Of a stretch of DNA of 64,000 nt, positions 1 to 29,032 are shown piece after piece (the first letter of the stretch is position 1; every line of letters starts with the position of its first letter). This DNA is from Bugula neritina. Taxonomy: Eukaryota; Animalia; Bryozoa. Made by a program: the position numbers and the translations under genes. The stretch lies in assembly GCA_964035545.1 (NCBI GenBank), contig OZ037766.1:14560722-14624721 (forward strand). Reading direction: 5' to 3'. The notes under the pieces were generated by a model. It was not told the origin of the DNA. It searched no databases and saw nothing but the letters and a program-made list of their open reading frames with translations.

Positions 1-108
1 TATGACTGAATGCCCTTCCTAACACCACCGATGGCCTTTACTGGGATTTAAATCACTGATCTGGTGTTGGCCAAGCCAGTGCTTTAACCACTACACCATG
101 GCTGCCCC
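1..108 (-). mobile_element. tRNA-derived SINE fragment (5' head) in a TPC1 intron
   Basis: The minus strand reads GGGGCAGCCATGGTGTAGTGGTTAAAGCACTGG...GATTTAAATCCCAG...GGTGTTAGGAAGGGCATTC. It has an A-box-like TGGTGTAGTGG and a degenerate B-box, but no complete cloverleaf. Confidence 0.55.
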
Positions 109-162
109 ATCAAAACTTTGACATATACAGAATGTATTACACCTCTGTTGCTGTGTTTCTAG

Positions 163-3100
163 TGTCTTTTGCTATTGGTGATGGTGTCTGAAGCCATAAC
201 TGTGATTTTAAGAGAGAGGAACCATTTCAGGGTGACCCGAGCTCTGCGCCCCTTGTTCCTTCTCGACACTTACTACTGTCGTGGAATACGGAGGTTGGCA
301 AATAATTTTATTATTATATGCACCATTTAGACTTTCATTATTACGAAAGATGAGTCTTTGCAGCTTTTTTATTTTCAGTTGTTTTATCTAGCTCTTGTAT
401 CATATACTCGGTTAAAAAGCTGTTCATTAAACCAAGGAAATGCAATTGAAATCTTCTAACTCACCAAATTTTGAAATCTACTTCAAACAAAAATTTAACT
501 CATGTACCCTATAGTATGACAGTATGGTCAGTGTGGAGATAATTGAGTTTGTAGCAATAAGTTGTCAATAAGCCCAGCAATTTACTCTAGATCATAGAAT
601 ATAAGTATGGCTGTTGAGAATACATGTATTAGTTAACTATTTGCTGTGAAACTGGCCTCTATACCCACTAAGCTCATATTAGGCATATTTTCAACAAAAA
701 ACCCATTAGCTGCTAAATGTATACTAATCTACAGTTTGAATGTTTTATAGATTCTGTCGTCAGGTATTTCAGTCTCTGCCGCCCATTCTTGAACTGCTCT
801 TTCTTCTTCTCTTTGTGATGTTTCTGTTCTCTATACTAGGTAAGTAATTCTGTCTTTTATTATACCAGGTAGTCCGTAACTCTGTTATTTATTATACCAG
901 GTACTAGGTAACTCTGTTATTTATTATACCAGGTACTAGGTAACTCTGTTATTTATTATACCAGGTACTAGGTAACTCTGTTATTTATTATACCAGGTAC
1001 TAGGTAACTGTTATTTATTATACCAGGTACTAGGTAACTCTGTTATTTATTATACCAGGTAGTAGGTAGCTCTGTCCTTTATTATACCAGGTAGTAGATA
1101 GCTCTGTCCTCTGTTATACCAGGCACTAGGTAAGTAACTCTGATAATAAAGAAACCAGCTCAAAATTGTTATAAAAGTACTGCTACTAGTTTTATTACTA
1201 CTAAACCAATTTCCAGCAAGTTTGTTGAGTCTCTGTTACTCTATAGACTTTATAGTCTATCAGTAGTATAATTTTGTGAATTGAGTTGCTGGAGTTTTGC
1301 TGGACAGGCACTTTGTGTATGTAAGCTTGCTAGTAGGTTGTTCAGCCACTAACACACTTGGTAGGCCTATATCTATTCTATGCTGATAGTTATCAGTGAT
1401 TACTCTCTGTGCGGTTGGCTTGGTTTAGATGTCATGTAATTAGACTATTGTGTTGAAGCATACTAGTCCCTATATCACCTTGTCATCTTACAATATACAA
1501 TAACATATCAAGTACAATTCGAAACAATTGCTGGGTCAAGGGTTGATTACAAGGGATCCAGCTATACTCTAATTACTATAATTAAAAGCTCTTCATTCAA
1601 AGCTCAGTTATAATACCCTGTGCTAGTTTGGTTAGTTTAACTGTGCTAGTTTAACATTGAAAGGCAATTTATGTAAAATACATTATCTGGTCTCCATATA
1701 TAAGTGGTTGTACTCATCATTTCCTATGTGAAAAATTTAAATATCCTTTGACAGGTTTTCCCTACTAAATGAGATATGAATTACTTTAGCTTGGTTCTTC
1801 AGGGGTGCACATACTGAAATGTCTATGGTATAATTTGTATGATCATCCCATAGTTGATCTACTGTGTAATTATTTATGTATATATGACTTGTTGGAATAA
1901 ATTATTTTATTTTTTGCAGGGTTTTATTTGTTCTCTTCCAATGACAACAGCATAGTGAGTATATGTAATATAATACAATCTTTCCCTTTTATTTCTAGTA
2001 CCTTTTTTTGTTACCAGTCTTCATGTAAGGCAGGGGTGGGCAATTTTTTGTTTTTCACTACACCTCTTTTAGATTGCTAGCTATTTTGCCAAAATAGACT
2101 CTTTTTAATGATATAAACTAACAATACATGTACTTATAGTCCAAGCACAGAAACCTCTTAAGTTGTGTAGACGAATCAGTAGTCACTCTCATTCAGTTCT
2201 ATGGCAAATTTGTCATTAAATATAAGGAGGATCTGTCTAGAGCAATCTTACTCTGGAGTCACAAATTATGCCTTTCACATCCTGTTTAAAACTAAAATTT
2301 TGAATAAATTTATTCTACTGCAATATGATGCAAACAAACTTGGCATTGGTCAGACCTGTATTGCACCTTATAAAGAAGACAGTATATTTATTTCATGGGT
2401 GCAATATACTCACTTAATAACTAATTCAGTGTTTTATCACCATTTTAATTTGATTGTTACAACTGTTTTGGCCCATCCATATTTAGTAGTAGATGTTTAC
2501 TTTATAGTACTTTGAGACACTTCCCAAGAGCTTCCTCAGTTTATTTGTGCTGCTAACGACAGCCAACTACCCGGATGTTATGATGCCAGCCTATGCTACG
2601 TCACACATCTCTGCTCTGTTCTTTATTGTCTACATCAGTATTGAACTCTACTTTTTTATGAATCTGGTGAGTAGATTATAATATAGAACTGAAGGCAAAT
2701 GGTTACTCAGTAATTAAAGGTTCGTTCAAGCTGCTGGTTATAAGCCAGTCTGAGAAACCAAAAGAAAGTTGAAGCAACATAGACAATATGCAAATGGAAA
2801 CTAAACATACTAATATGAACAGACAACTCTTGGTTTAGAAAAATAAATTTGAAGATTGGTTGAAATATGATAACAATATATGCATATGTCAACAAGGAGC
2901 ATAGAGATAAGAAGTATTTTTGACCTGATGAAAATATACTGTATAATTTTGTTTATTTAAACAAAATTTTTTAGGCATTTATGTTTTGTAAGCAGTCTGT
3001 AGTAGTGAGATGAACCAGTAATTTTCAAACCCTATTTGCCCGTTACCTTGTGGGACTTGTTATAGAGAGGGTCAAAATTTGATTGTTGACCCTGCCATTC

Positions 3101-6100
3101 AGATGTGTAAATACACACAACTGCCAACATGATGTTTCATAATATTGTTCTCACTTGAATGTTACTTTGCAGTTTCTAGCTGTGGTATACAATACATTCA
3201 CCTCACTAGAGAAGAGTAAGGTGAAGAAGCTGATGTTACATAGACGACATGCGTGTGAACATGCCTTTAGATTGTTGGTGAGCAAGAGGCACAGAAACTC
3301 AATCTCTCTCTGTAACTTTGCTGGTCTTATGAAGTTCTACCGCCCTAGAGCCAGTGAGTTATATCAGGTTATCACTACGGTGAAGTAAATACTGGTTATT
3401 TGTAGGAGTATACAATGTAGATGGCCATTATAGATACAGATAACTGATAAAACTGTACATATCAGCACAGCATGCAAGTAAACAGTCATATGACTACACA
3501 CGTTTGGTTTAGATAACCTGAACCCATAATGTAAACTAAACTACTGCAGTTTCATGTTGAGAAGTATGTATAGTTGTTATAGTAGACTTAGTGCCACCAT
3601 TCTGTCAATAGTTCTGTAGGTTAGGCTGGTAATTTGTGATGGTTTTACCGTATCTTAATATAAACTCAGACTACACTGGAGAAATAATTGTTACAGTTGT
3701 TCATAAATACTAAAATTATGTTTGCTAATTTCAACCAATTACTTCTGATAGCTTTTTTCAGCAATGTAATTTGTTATGTACATGCGTGTACATGGTGCAA
3801 ATAGAAACTCTTATTTGGTTGATGTACTCTGTTCATGTTGTCTTCTTACAGAAAAAATTGAAATCTACTTGACCTTCAAAGCACTGAACAGCAGTTGTAG
3901 TGGTAGTCTCAGCTTAGAAGAATTTTATAACATTTACTCCTTGACTGGCCTCAATTGGAAGGTGAGCCCATCATACTTTCAAGCTAGAAATCTCTGTAGA
4001 TTCAACAATTCTGTAATTGAGAGTGTATACTGCTGCTTTGCTCTAAAAATGTTTGCTGAGAATGAATTTTTGCTTGGTTACAGGAAACTAGCAAGAGTGA
4101 CTTCTGGTTTCAAAAGTTGCCGGGCTGTTTGAGAAAGATGATGGCTAGCTTGAATTGGCTTGTCAACTGGAAGTGGTTTGATTACTTTGTGTGTAAGTCA
4201 TGTTTCTGTATTCCACGCTCTAGTAGGATACAGAAAAACATTTATCAGTTTATGTAATATAATTTTACTTTCTACAAAAAGGGAATGTAAGTTTGGGAAA
4301 TCAAATGTCAAACAATGAAATATTTACTATAAGGAAACTATTTACTGCGGTACTGTACAAGTTTGAACTTGTACCAAGAATCCTCCCATGCGAAAAATAT
4401 GGAAGCTGTGGGTGTAACTCACTCAATTGAGCAACTTTTAACATTAAATGTAGTTTTTCAGTTTTATGTTTTGGTGAGAATAAAGTTTTAGTAAATTTGT
4501 GCGATTTACATGTATTACTATTGATTTTTTATTTGACTAATTATTTTATTTATTTTAAATATTTTGCGTCATTGTGTATTTAGATTTAGTGATATGTGGA
4601 AACTTCATAGTTATACTGTATGAAGCTATCGTTGCGTCTACCAGTGAAAAAAGTGCATTTATCCCTGGATACACTCATGGTGAACAACTCTCCTGGCATT
4701 CTATTATGTTTACAGGATGTAAGTACTAATACCTGTAGTGCAAAACCAACACACCATTTCTATTGTCAGGAAGTTGTGTTCCCTTGATATAAGAGCTACT
4801 TCTTATTTTAACTATTATATTATGATATCTTTTAAAAACAATTTTGGTTGTATCTTTTAAATTATTTTATTTGGTCGATTCCCGAAAAAAGCTTCTGAGT
4901 TGAAACTAATTGTTGAAACTTATATTTTTAGTTTATATCCTGGAAGCCCTATTGAAGATCCTAGGTCTAGGTCCTACCAAATACTTTACAGATGGCTGGA
5001 ACCTGTAAGTTGGTTTGATTCTTTTATTATTATTATAAACATTTGAGATTTTTTTAAGCTTAGCCAAAAGTCGTGGTTTGTTTTAGTAAAGCATGAACTA
5101 GAAATTGTGAGCTGGCATAAATGTATAGCTGTTATATAGTAATTGAGTTTCATATATATTTGAATTTATTCTATAAATTGTTTATATAAACAAATAATAT
5201 TTGGAAATAATATTTGGATTAGTATAAGCATGCTGTAACTGCTCATCAGTGTGATATTGCTGTTATCTTGTAGGTTTGACCTGGGTGTGACTGTTGTGAG
5301 TCTGGTTGGCCTGTTTGGTGACCTCGACAAGGACAGGCTCTTCTTCTTTATAATACTCAGGCCATTCCGTCTCATTCGGTGAGTTCTGCTTACAGTGCAT
5401 TAGCAGTTGTCTGCTCCTTCCTATTAGGGATCCTGTACTTGCTTTGATATTCCATCACATTGCAGTCAGTTTTTGTACCACCACATAGATGTTGGTATCA
5501 CTGATAATAACAATAGCTATTAAATGTGTTGTTATCTCTCAATTGAATTATAATATTATATTATAATGATATAATAATAATGATTTTTAATATTTAAATG
5601 ATAAAAATTCTATTAATGGTGATTGTGGTGATGATGGAAATGTCACCATTCTTAATTAATATCTATTGTGGATAAAAATAACATTTTTTTGTTACCGTTA
5701 CGAAAACTTTTTTTCTACTATTAGGAAGGATATTATTAGTTTTGTCACCACTTGAGATCGTATTGTCTCTTACCTATTTTCTAAGCTGTAATGAATAAAA
5801 ATACTAGATAGTTGATAATTCAATTAATGTCTTGGTCTAAACCCATTGAACTTTCCTTTATCTGTGATTTTCAATTATTCTCCTAATATGTACAGAAAGT
5901 CCCGCAAAGTTGAGATTCTCCAAAATTGCCTCAGCTTGTAGTCTTAGGAGTTTTTATTTCTTCTCAACTCATGATGTGCACACAACTCCCTGTGTTGATT
6001 ATCATTTTTTATTATTGGTATTATTTTATAACATTGTTTTATTTTATATCATCATAGTTTAATTTTGATAGCTATTGCATTTATAATGGTCAAAATTGCT

Positions 6101-9100
6101 GGCAGTTTATTAGCTCAATTCAGTACCATTACTACAAGCAATGCCCACTCAGCTTTAGTTGGCTCAATTTTATTTTGTTTTTCAACAGTAGGTACTTAAA
6201 ATACCAGAGTTGTTTGACAGTTTCAAAATTGAAATCTCATTTGCATGCATTACAATATCCAATGTCTAAGTGTCAGTACCCAGTAGCTATACCTACGTGT
6301 TGACTCTTACCTATTTGTAGGATATTTAAGGCGAGGAAGAGATACCGTGACGTGCTGGGTACTCTGTTTATACTGGCAGACCAGCTGTGGAGTCTAGTAG
6401 TCACTCTCATGCTGCTCTATTACTTCTACGCTGTCATTGGCATGGAGTGCTTCTCCTACATCGATATGCTCAACTGCTGCAAGTAAGTCAGCTGTTTCCT
6501 GTTGCGCGCTGCTGCACTATTATCAAATCGGTCATTCACCACTTTTTGTCACTGGAAACTCAAAAATATATATTGTTATATATAGAAGTTTTATTGGGAT
6601 TTTTGCCTGAACTCCCTTTCTTAAGCCATTTTACCATTTTTTTTATCGCTGGAAGCCAAAAGATATATAGGTTATTGTATGTAAAAGTTTTTATTGAAGA
6701 TCTTTGCATAAACTTTCTTTTTATGTAATTCTTTTTAAATAGATATTGTTTATTTGGCAGGAATAACAGTGCAATAGCTTCTTATTATTCCAATATGACT
6801 GACACAGGTTATTATTACCTCAACAACTTTGATGACATCTTTATCAGTGGAGGTGAGATGATATTCTGCATCTGGTGTGTGTTGGTCTGATATGTTTGCA
6901 ATATCACTATAACATTCTCACAATCATATATATGGCTTGTACGTATCCACAATATACATGTATAAGTCTGTAAATGAATTCACCTAGTCATCTACCTGCA
7001 ATATATGATTTGTTGGAAGCTTATTGGTAAATGATTTTATCTTTCAAACGTAAATACCTTGTACAGTTTTATCCGAATATTATGCATGTTTGAAGAGTTT
7101 TGTGTAATATATTTGTAGTGACGCTGTTTGAGTTGACAGTTGTTAATAACTGGTTCATAATAATGGAGGGCTATGCAATCACCGCTACAGAGTTCAGTCG
7201 TATTTACTTCATGACTTTCTACATAGTCACTATGGTAAGTCTCCATATTATAGCAACAGCTTAACACTTCTGTTAAAGTGTAGATGTGTTCATCTCTAAG
7301 CATACACTGCTGTGATGTTACTTGAGGAAACCTATAAAGTATCATTTGATACTTTACAGTACATGTGAAAACAGCCTGAGATGTAAGCTACTGTGGCAAC
7401 CAGGTGTTGTTCCCTGTGCATTGTATGTTGTAACGCATACTATTGTTTGTTTGTGATAATCAGGTGGTTATGACAGTGGTGGTGGCATTCATCTTAGAAG
7501 CATTCATGTTCAAGATAGGTTATCGTCATCAGACCAATGAAAACTCCAGCATAGACTATCTGATTCACACTCAAACCCTCTCAGTTGATGAGACGCACAT
7601 GATTAATAACACCAAGATGAGCTGCTGGTCGGGTGACCTAATCCGTAACCAATCACCAGCTGCTATTGTAAGTATTGGATTGCTTGTCAAAGAAAAAACA
7701 TTGTAAACATTTTTATATTGAATTTTGAAGTTTAGAGAACAAATTTGTTGCAACATCATATTCTTGACATTGTTCTCACTCTTATACAAATTTTTGATCT
7801 AATTTTCATTATGATGTTTGTGCTAAATGTACCTATATTGTTAAATAAGGGTCATTTTACTTTATTTGATACACACTCTATATCTAGTTTGTAGCTATTT
7901 TTCATAGTTTAGCCCCTAATGTATATCGTTTCTTACATAAAACTGATAAAATATCGACCAATACAACTGATTAAGCAAGATTGTTTCCTAATTTTGCTTG
8001 GTTTTCTATGTTTATTCTAAATAAAGTAAAATGACCCATAATGGTTTTTGTTAATCTCTTGCCATTACTTGTACAAACGGGGTTTGAGCATCTAATTTGT
8101 GTTGAGTATAGTCTTCTATTTGGTGTTTCTATAGACTGATTTCCACTTCCTCGGAAAGAAGAAGAGAGGAAAGATAGAACTGAGTCTACAGATGTACAAG
8201 GATGAAATTCAGGTACCCTCTCTATTATAGTTAAATATTCTCTTCAGTTCTTAGGCAGTGAATTAGATTCAAATAATTGTTATTTAAACCCATAATGTAG
8301 CTGTTGGCTTTAAATTGTAATATACATCTATTGAATGTAATGAGCAACAACTAAACACTGAATTTTATAATGAAAGATATGAGATTTATCAAATGGTTAA
8401 GTTGAGTAGAATGTGAAGTTGTAAATTATGCCTCATCTAAACATAAAGATCTTCAGATAAACCAGTTAAGCTTTTGTAGTTACTAGACTATATTATTCAT
8501 AATCAGTATATTAAATAATATATCTGCAGTATCCATAAGGTGGGAGTGTTTCTCCACCAACACATTGATCTTGAAGCTGTTTTCAGACACACCTTGTTAG
8601 TCTAGAAGTAACCTCCAATTATCTTTCACTCATTACACTTCGAGGGGTGGCCACGCAATTTTTTTAGAAAAAGAGTTTGAAGGGTCCTTATTAATCTGTG
8701 AAAACTCTAGACTGTTCTGTGCACCCAGTTAGCCACAAAAGCGCTTCAAACTTTTAAAATTATTCAGGAGTTGTTTTCCCTTAACGTTTTTTGTGAATCA
8801 GCTAAATATTTTGGAATTATTCAAGCTAATTTATTTTATACAAGCAAAATAATTTTGTTGGTAATCATAGATACTCTTTTCACTTTTCTGTTATAAAAAC
8901 TCTAAATTTTTCTGTCCACCCAGTTAGTCACAAAAACTCTTTAAAATGTTACAGGAGTTGTTTCCCCACAACTTTGTCCAAATCTATTAAATATTATCTT
9001 GAAATTATTGAAGCTAGTTTATTATATATACAAGCAAAAACTTTTGCAGATAATCATAGATGTGTTTTTCACTTCTCTGAGTTTAATTCTAGTGATTTTC

Positions 9101-12100
9101 TTGTGAAAAAATCTGAAAAAAAGTGGATTATATGGACGAAAACAAGAAAAGGAATGGGTTTATTAGTTATAAGGCAAACATTATTATTGATCGGCTATAA
9201 AAAAGCGAATTATAAGTAAATCTGTGCCTGATAATGATTTTCTTCACCATTTTTATTATAATAACTACTTTTACAAAAAAAGTAATGAGAAGCATGAGCA
9301 GGTTGATCTGGACTCCAGAAGATAATATTTTAAATGTGTACAATTGAGCTTTGCCAACAAATTTAGGCTGAACTATATATAAATAAGCAATTTGGTTTTT
9401 AAAAGATAATATTTTAAATGTGTACAATTGAGCTTTGCCAACAAATTTAGGCTGAACTATTTATAAATAAGCAATTTGGTTTTTAAAACAATGCTATTGG
9501 TTAAAATGCATATTTTTATACTATCTTGATATAATGACTCTAGAGTCAATTTATCTCAGTTATAGTTACAGAAGAAATACCCCAAAGCTTCCCTATAATT
9601 TAAAATATATATGGTTATATTTAGGCAGCCCAAGATCATTTTTCAAAGACATAGGCATCTACTTTTTCATGTGTGCTATTTGTCACAAAAATAATAATTT
9701 CTTATCAGCAAATAAAACAAGCTGAGTTTGAGACTGGCGCATTTTTGTATGAAACATGGAGTAAAAATATTTTAAAGAAAAATATTGTTATTATAGTTGA
9801 TGCATACCAAAAAAAATTGCGTTTAGCTACAATTTTTCAAAGATGGTGGAATTTTTAACAAAGCACAACTCAAATGCTTACAATTTGATCATGAGGAAGC
9901 AGATACACAAACTTTGTTACATGCAAAATATCTAATGAACATCATAATCCCACGTGTAATAATCAAATCTCAAGACACTGATGTTTTCATCCTAAGTCTC
10001 GCTATTTGCAAAACATTACCTTCTTACCAATTATATTTTTTCACAGGTGTGGTAATCATGGTGCCATGCCAGATAGAGGCTAGGCTAAATTTCCTACTTA
10101 GCCACTAGTTATTTATTTTGGTAAAATGTATTTTCATGTGCAACTTATTTTAATATTATTGAAATATATGTATATTTAAATAAACTTGGATCAATTGCTT
10201 GTTATTTAGCACATAAATAAATTCCTTTGATTTGCATTAACTTATTAATTTTGTATATTTTATACATCCTGCCTGTTGTTTGAAAAGATATTTTGTTAAT
10301 AAGTATCCATTAAAGATAGTATCTATTATTAATGTATTACTACTTTTTGTCCCACATAACTTCGTAAAAATAATAGAATATTATTCTAGATAATTCATGT
10401 TAGCTACTATAGCTATTAGCATATTAGCTATTTAGCAATCAATTAAACAGTTATATAGGTAATATTAATATATATGGTAACAAAATAAAAACAGCGTCTA
10501 TCTGGGAGGAAACCAAAATCATATTAGGTATTTGGATGTCAACGTTGCAGCAAATAAATCCAAACCGCAGTTGTGTGCAGCACTTACTAGATTTCATGCT
10601 TTAACAGGTTTTTATTCAACTATAGTGCTTTTTATAAAAAAGGATAGCGCAAGGCCTACTCTCTTTTGAGAAAATATCCATAATATATGGGAAGCTTTGA
10701 ACACCTTGGGAAGTATTTCAAGCTGTAAGCCATTACAGAGGCTGAAGTAGAACAATTTGTCTATAAACTTTATGGAGCAGAAAATTCAAATATAGATGAT
10801 GTCTGATACACTGTATTTTGTTCACCGTCTAAAATAACTTAATAGAGTTTGCCTCCAACAAAAGATGAATGAAATTTGCACGTAAAAAGAGCAAATTATC
10901 AGGCAGCCATTATTTGGAGAAGGGTGACAACAGCCTATATTGATGCACCACCCTCAGAACATCATGAAAAGATTGTTGAGAATCATGGCAGCATAAATAT
11001 AAAGTAGATGATTCAAGCTTCCGCACCTGAACATATATATTGCAAAGTTTAAGCTGCTTCTGTAAAACCAGCTGCAACATATCAAAATGTGGATGTCAGA
11101 AGTCTCAAATGCGGTGCATGCACTGATGTTTGTCAATGTAAGGATTGTCTGAAAAGAAGCTCTATATTGGGGAAGAAGCTGATGAGACTGACGGCAGTGA
11201 CAATGATGGCGAGAATACTTTTTTATAATAAAGCACTATTTTTAGACATTTGTTATATATTTTGCTGCAACCAATTTGATTTTGATAATCTCTCATGCTT
11301 CTGTTTCTCTAAATAATTTTGTTTAACGGCTACCGGCAGACTAGCAAATGATTCACTTGGTCATACATGATTATTCTGCATGCTTATGCCTCATGCAATG
11401 TGTCGATTCATAACAAACATATATGTTTATATGAACAACTTGGTTTTAATTTGAGATAGCGTCTTGCAGTCTTTAAATTCAGTATCAGCATAGAATTTAA
11501 AGTAAGAGGCAATTATTTTTAGTATTTCAGCAAATATTTTTTCTTCAAGATAGCTTGATAAAATTGGATACTATTTTGCACAATCCACATTTCTTTTTAT
11601 CACCCATCTAAAATGTCGATTTGTTTTTTGCAATAACTTGAGTTTGGGTAGAGATAGAATTCTAGAGTTTGTAGATTCAGAATCAGCACAAAATTCTGAT
11701 CTAGAAACAACTGTTTTTGAGTGGCCACCTAGTAAAGTGTAATAAGCCAATTTTTTGAGCACTTTTTGGGAGGTTACTTCTAGACTATGTGTTAGCAAAA
11801 GAGAATAGATATCCAAATATCTTTCTAAACATCGCTATAATTCACTTCAATAGACATTTTGTTACATTATAACATGCTTGATTTTGAAGAAAGTCAATAT
11901 TCTTTAGCATTGAATATTTCTATAGCATACCTATATTTTTATACTTTGAAAGAGTTGCTTGAAGCCTTCCTTATCACCACCCATGAAGGGGTGTGATATA
12001 ATAAGTTGCACACACCTCTATGATTTCAGATGGATGTTGATTTCGACATTTGATACGAATATATACTTGTTTTTTATCAGGATTGGATTGAGGAGGAGAA

Positions 12101-12272
12101 AGTGCCAACCCCTGAAATAGGCACCTCGTCAGCACAGCCTGACATTGTGCCCCGCCAACCTCCTGTATTCAACCGCCTAGACTCTTATGTCTCTATCTCT
12201 TCTGACACACCCTGTATTAGCGAAAGGGAAAATAATGTCCAAGTGTCTCGCCAAACCTCTTCTATTGTATGA
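163..12272 (+). CDS. TPCN1: Two-pore channel 1 (endolysosomal cation channel), multi-exon, 5' part outside the window
   Basis: GT/AG exons (approx.): 163-293 ([15 protein letters not shown]), 751-839 ([14 protein letters not shown]), 1920-1954, 2508-2666 (pore [16 protein letters not shown]), 3172-3353, 3851-3961, 4084-4192, 4584-4718, 4933-5004, 5274-5378, 6321-6482, 6761-6852, 7119-7234 (pore [15 protein letters not shown]), 7464-7667, 8134-8212, 12081-12272 (TGA). Both TPC filter motifs and the TPC1-type S4-S5 linker are present. Confidence 0.92.
834..1140. repeat. ~32-bp minisatellite (CTGTTATTTATTATACCAGGTACTAGGTAACT)n, about 9 copies
   Basis: Direct tandem copies are visible, starting at the exon/intron junction ATACTAG|GTAAGT. 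Confidence 0.9.
8598..11787 (+). mobile_element. Degenerate Academ (AcademX-type) DNA transposon in the last TPC1 intron
   Basis: TIRs TAGTCTAGAAGTAACCTCC (8598) and GGAGGTTACTTCTAGACTA (ends 11787), with a further inverted ATTACACTT...GGTGGCCAC block. 3-bp TSD TGT at 8595-8597 and 11788-11790. Frameshifted remnants of an XPG/FEN-like domain ([13 protein letters not shown] ~9887, [15 protein letters not shown] ~10592, [19 protein letters not shown] ~10849) and a C-terminal Cys-rich finger ([10 protein letters not shown]). TAG termini, a 3-bp TSD and XPG plus Cys finger match the described Academ superfamily. Confidence 0.85.
9321..9488. repeat. ~84-bp direct duplication inside the Academ element
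   Basis: GATAATATTTTAAATGTGTACAATTGAGCTTTGCCAACAAATTTAGGCTGAACTAT...AAGCAATTTGGTTTTTAAAA occurs twice in tandem. A second, ~190-bp imperfect duplication lies at ~8700-9080. Confidence 0.85.
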
Positions 12273-14314
12273 GCTCTACCAAGATGAGAAGTCTGTTTTC
12301 TCTTTTAACTATATATACTACTTACTACTCTATGCACAGATTAGCAAGTGCTGGATTTATTTCAGAACAGACAGTTGCATAATTTAGTCTTGGTACAAGC
12401 AATTTATTATCAATTTTTGATAGTTTTCTTATCCTATTGCAGTGTTAAACTCCATGCTTTATGATAATTAATATGGTAATTGGCGTCATGCAATCATGTT
12501 AAATAGGAGGCTCAACAACCTTGCTCTTCTAATTCTTTGCAATATTCTATGGTGCAGGCTTAGCAATATATTCTACTCATTTGATAGACTTACTAGCCAG
12601 CACATGTACATAACATTTATGCCAGTGATTGGTTGTTATTGACGAGATGGTGCTACTTACCTATATACAATATGTGTCTTACACTTCTCGATCTCTGTAG
12701 CTTCACATCCTTCCACTATGTATTATAATATACTAGTCCTGTTCAAGTAGACATGACTACTGATAATTCACTTCGCTGCAAATAATGTAAATTTGGTACT
12801 CTTTTGAAATATTATCATTTATCAAAATATTACTTGATATTGCTAGTCTGGGCAAGTTTTCATGTAGTAGTTTTTCACCAATAATTGCTTGTGAAAGAAT
12901 TATGTATCAACATTTTTTATACTCAGTATTGTGAATTTGTTTTAAATTTACAATGTAGAACAACGCAAACTTTACATAACCTCTGCAATTATAATTTGAT
13001 TTAATTTTAATTTATACTATTTTGTTAATTTTATGCATAATATGCATTAATACTCGTCAATCAACAAAAGATTATGTTGGAAGCATTCCAATGATACCAT
13101 GTAGCTCTCAAACTATTTGATTTAGTAATCTATTATTATTTAAATTATCTATTTGTAAATGTTTGATTAGTTTTTTGAAGGGTGTTTGAAAGACTTGTTT
13201 TTATTGTAAAGCAGGTCAACACTGTCTATTAGCATAATGTACTGTTCTATTTTATTGTCAGAGTGTAACTTTAAGAACAATTTTATGGCTTGTTCTAGCA
13301 TTCTGCTTGTATTTTTTTGATGCAACTTTTAAATAACATATGTGTATGCAAGTTCAAATATACTATTTTACTTAATACACATGTTTTATTGCTTCGGGGA
13401 ACCTTAATTTTCAATAATTTGCTATTAGTTCTCAAAACTTTATCTCACTTGAAATCCCTGACTCTATCAGTGTTACAGTTATTACTTAACATCTTTATCA
13501 CAGTTTAAACTTTAAGACAGCTCAGTGGTTATGCTGTGTGTTGTAGCAGCTAAAAATGACAGCAGTGAAAGTCAGCAATAATCACTATTAGTGTTATAAT
13601 AGCCTAACACAGTCTTCAGAGCTGAATGAAAAATGTCAACAGCATGTACAGAAAATTTATTATACAACAAAATTGTTAGGGCATGCAGTCTGTAGCTAAT
13701 AGCCAAGATGTGTATTATGTATAATATATGAGTATTTTGATATTACCTAAATGAAATGTGTGGAGCTTGTCTTTCGGCTAACTTGCAAGTTATTATTTTC
13801 GAAAGAGGAGGCAACTCATAAAGTTAGAAGTGTTTTTATTGTATGAAATTCAATAGCTTAGTTATGCCATCTTACATAAGCATACGTTTTTCTGTTGCTG
13901 TTGATTTATTTAAAACCAGAAATTTGGATGCTGGCTTATATAACCCAGCGTTGTATAACAGCATTGCACATTTCCTCCTGGCACATCTCTGGTTATCTAA
14001 TAAAGATCTGCGTTAAGTAACTTAGTGAGGTTGGTGAACCATGAATGATTTCAGTCAACCATAACTTGCGCCAATTACATTCCTGGCTACATGAGTTGCA
14101 AGTTATTTATAGTTGTTGTTACTTTGGTAGTTGCATTCACCAATAAGATCTATTTGGCAATCATTAGCAATTCAGGTGACCTAGCTTTTTAGTTAACAGT
14201 TATACTTATACTCAGTAAGTTTGTAGGAGAGCTATTTCCAATACAAGTTCATGTAATTGTCAATTAGAGGTGGTTTGTAATTCTGAGAGAGAATAACAGC
14301 AGGAAGAATAGATT

Positions 14315-29032
<14,718 letters not shown>

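Noticed and set aside
1-108. tRNA gene
   Set aside because: The B-box is degenerate, there is no acceptor-stem closure, and the sequence continues into a SINE-like body.
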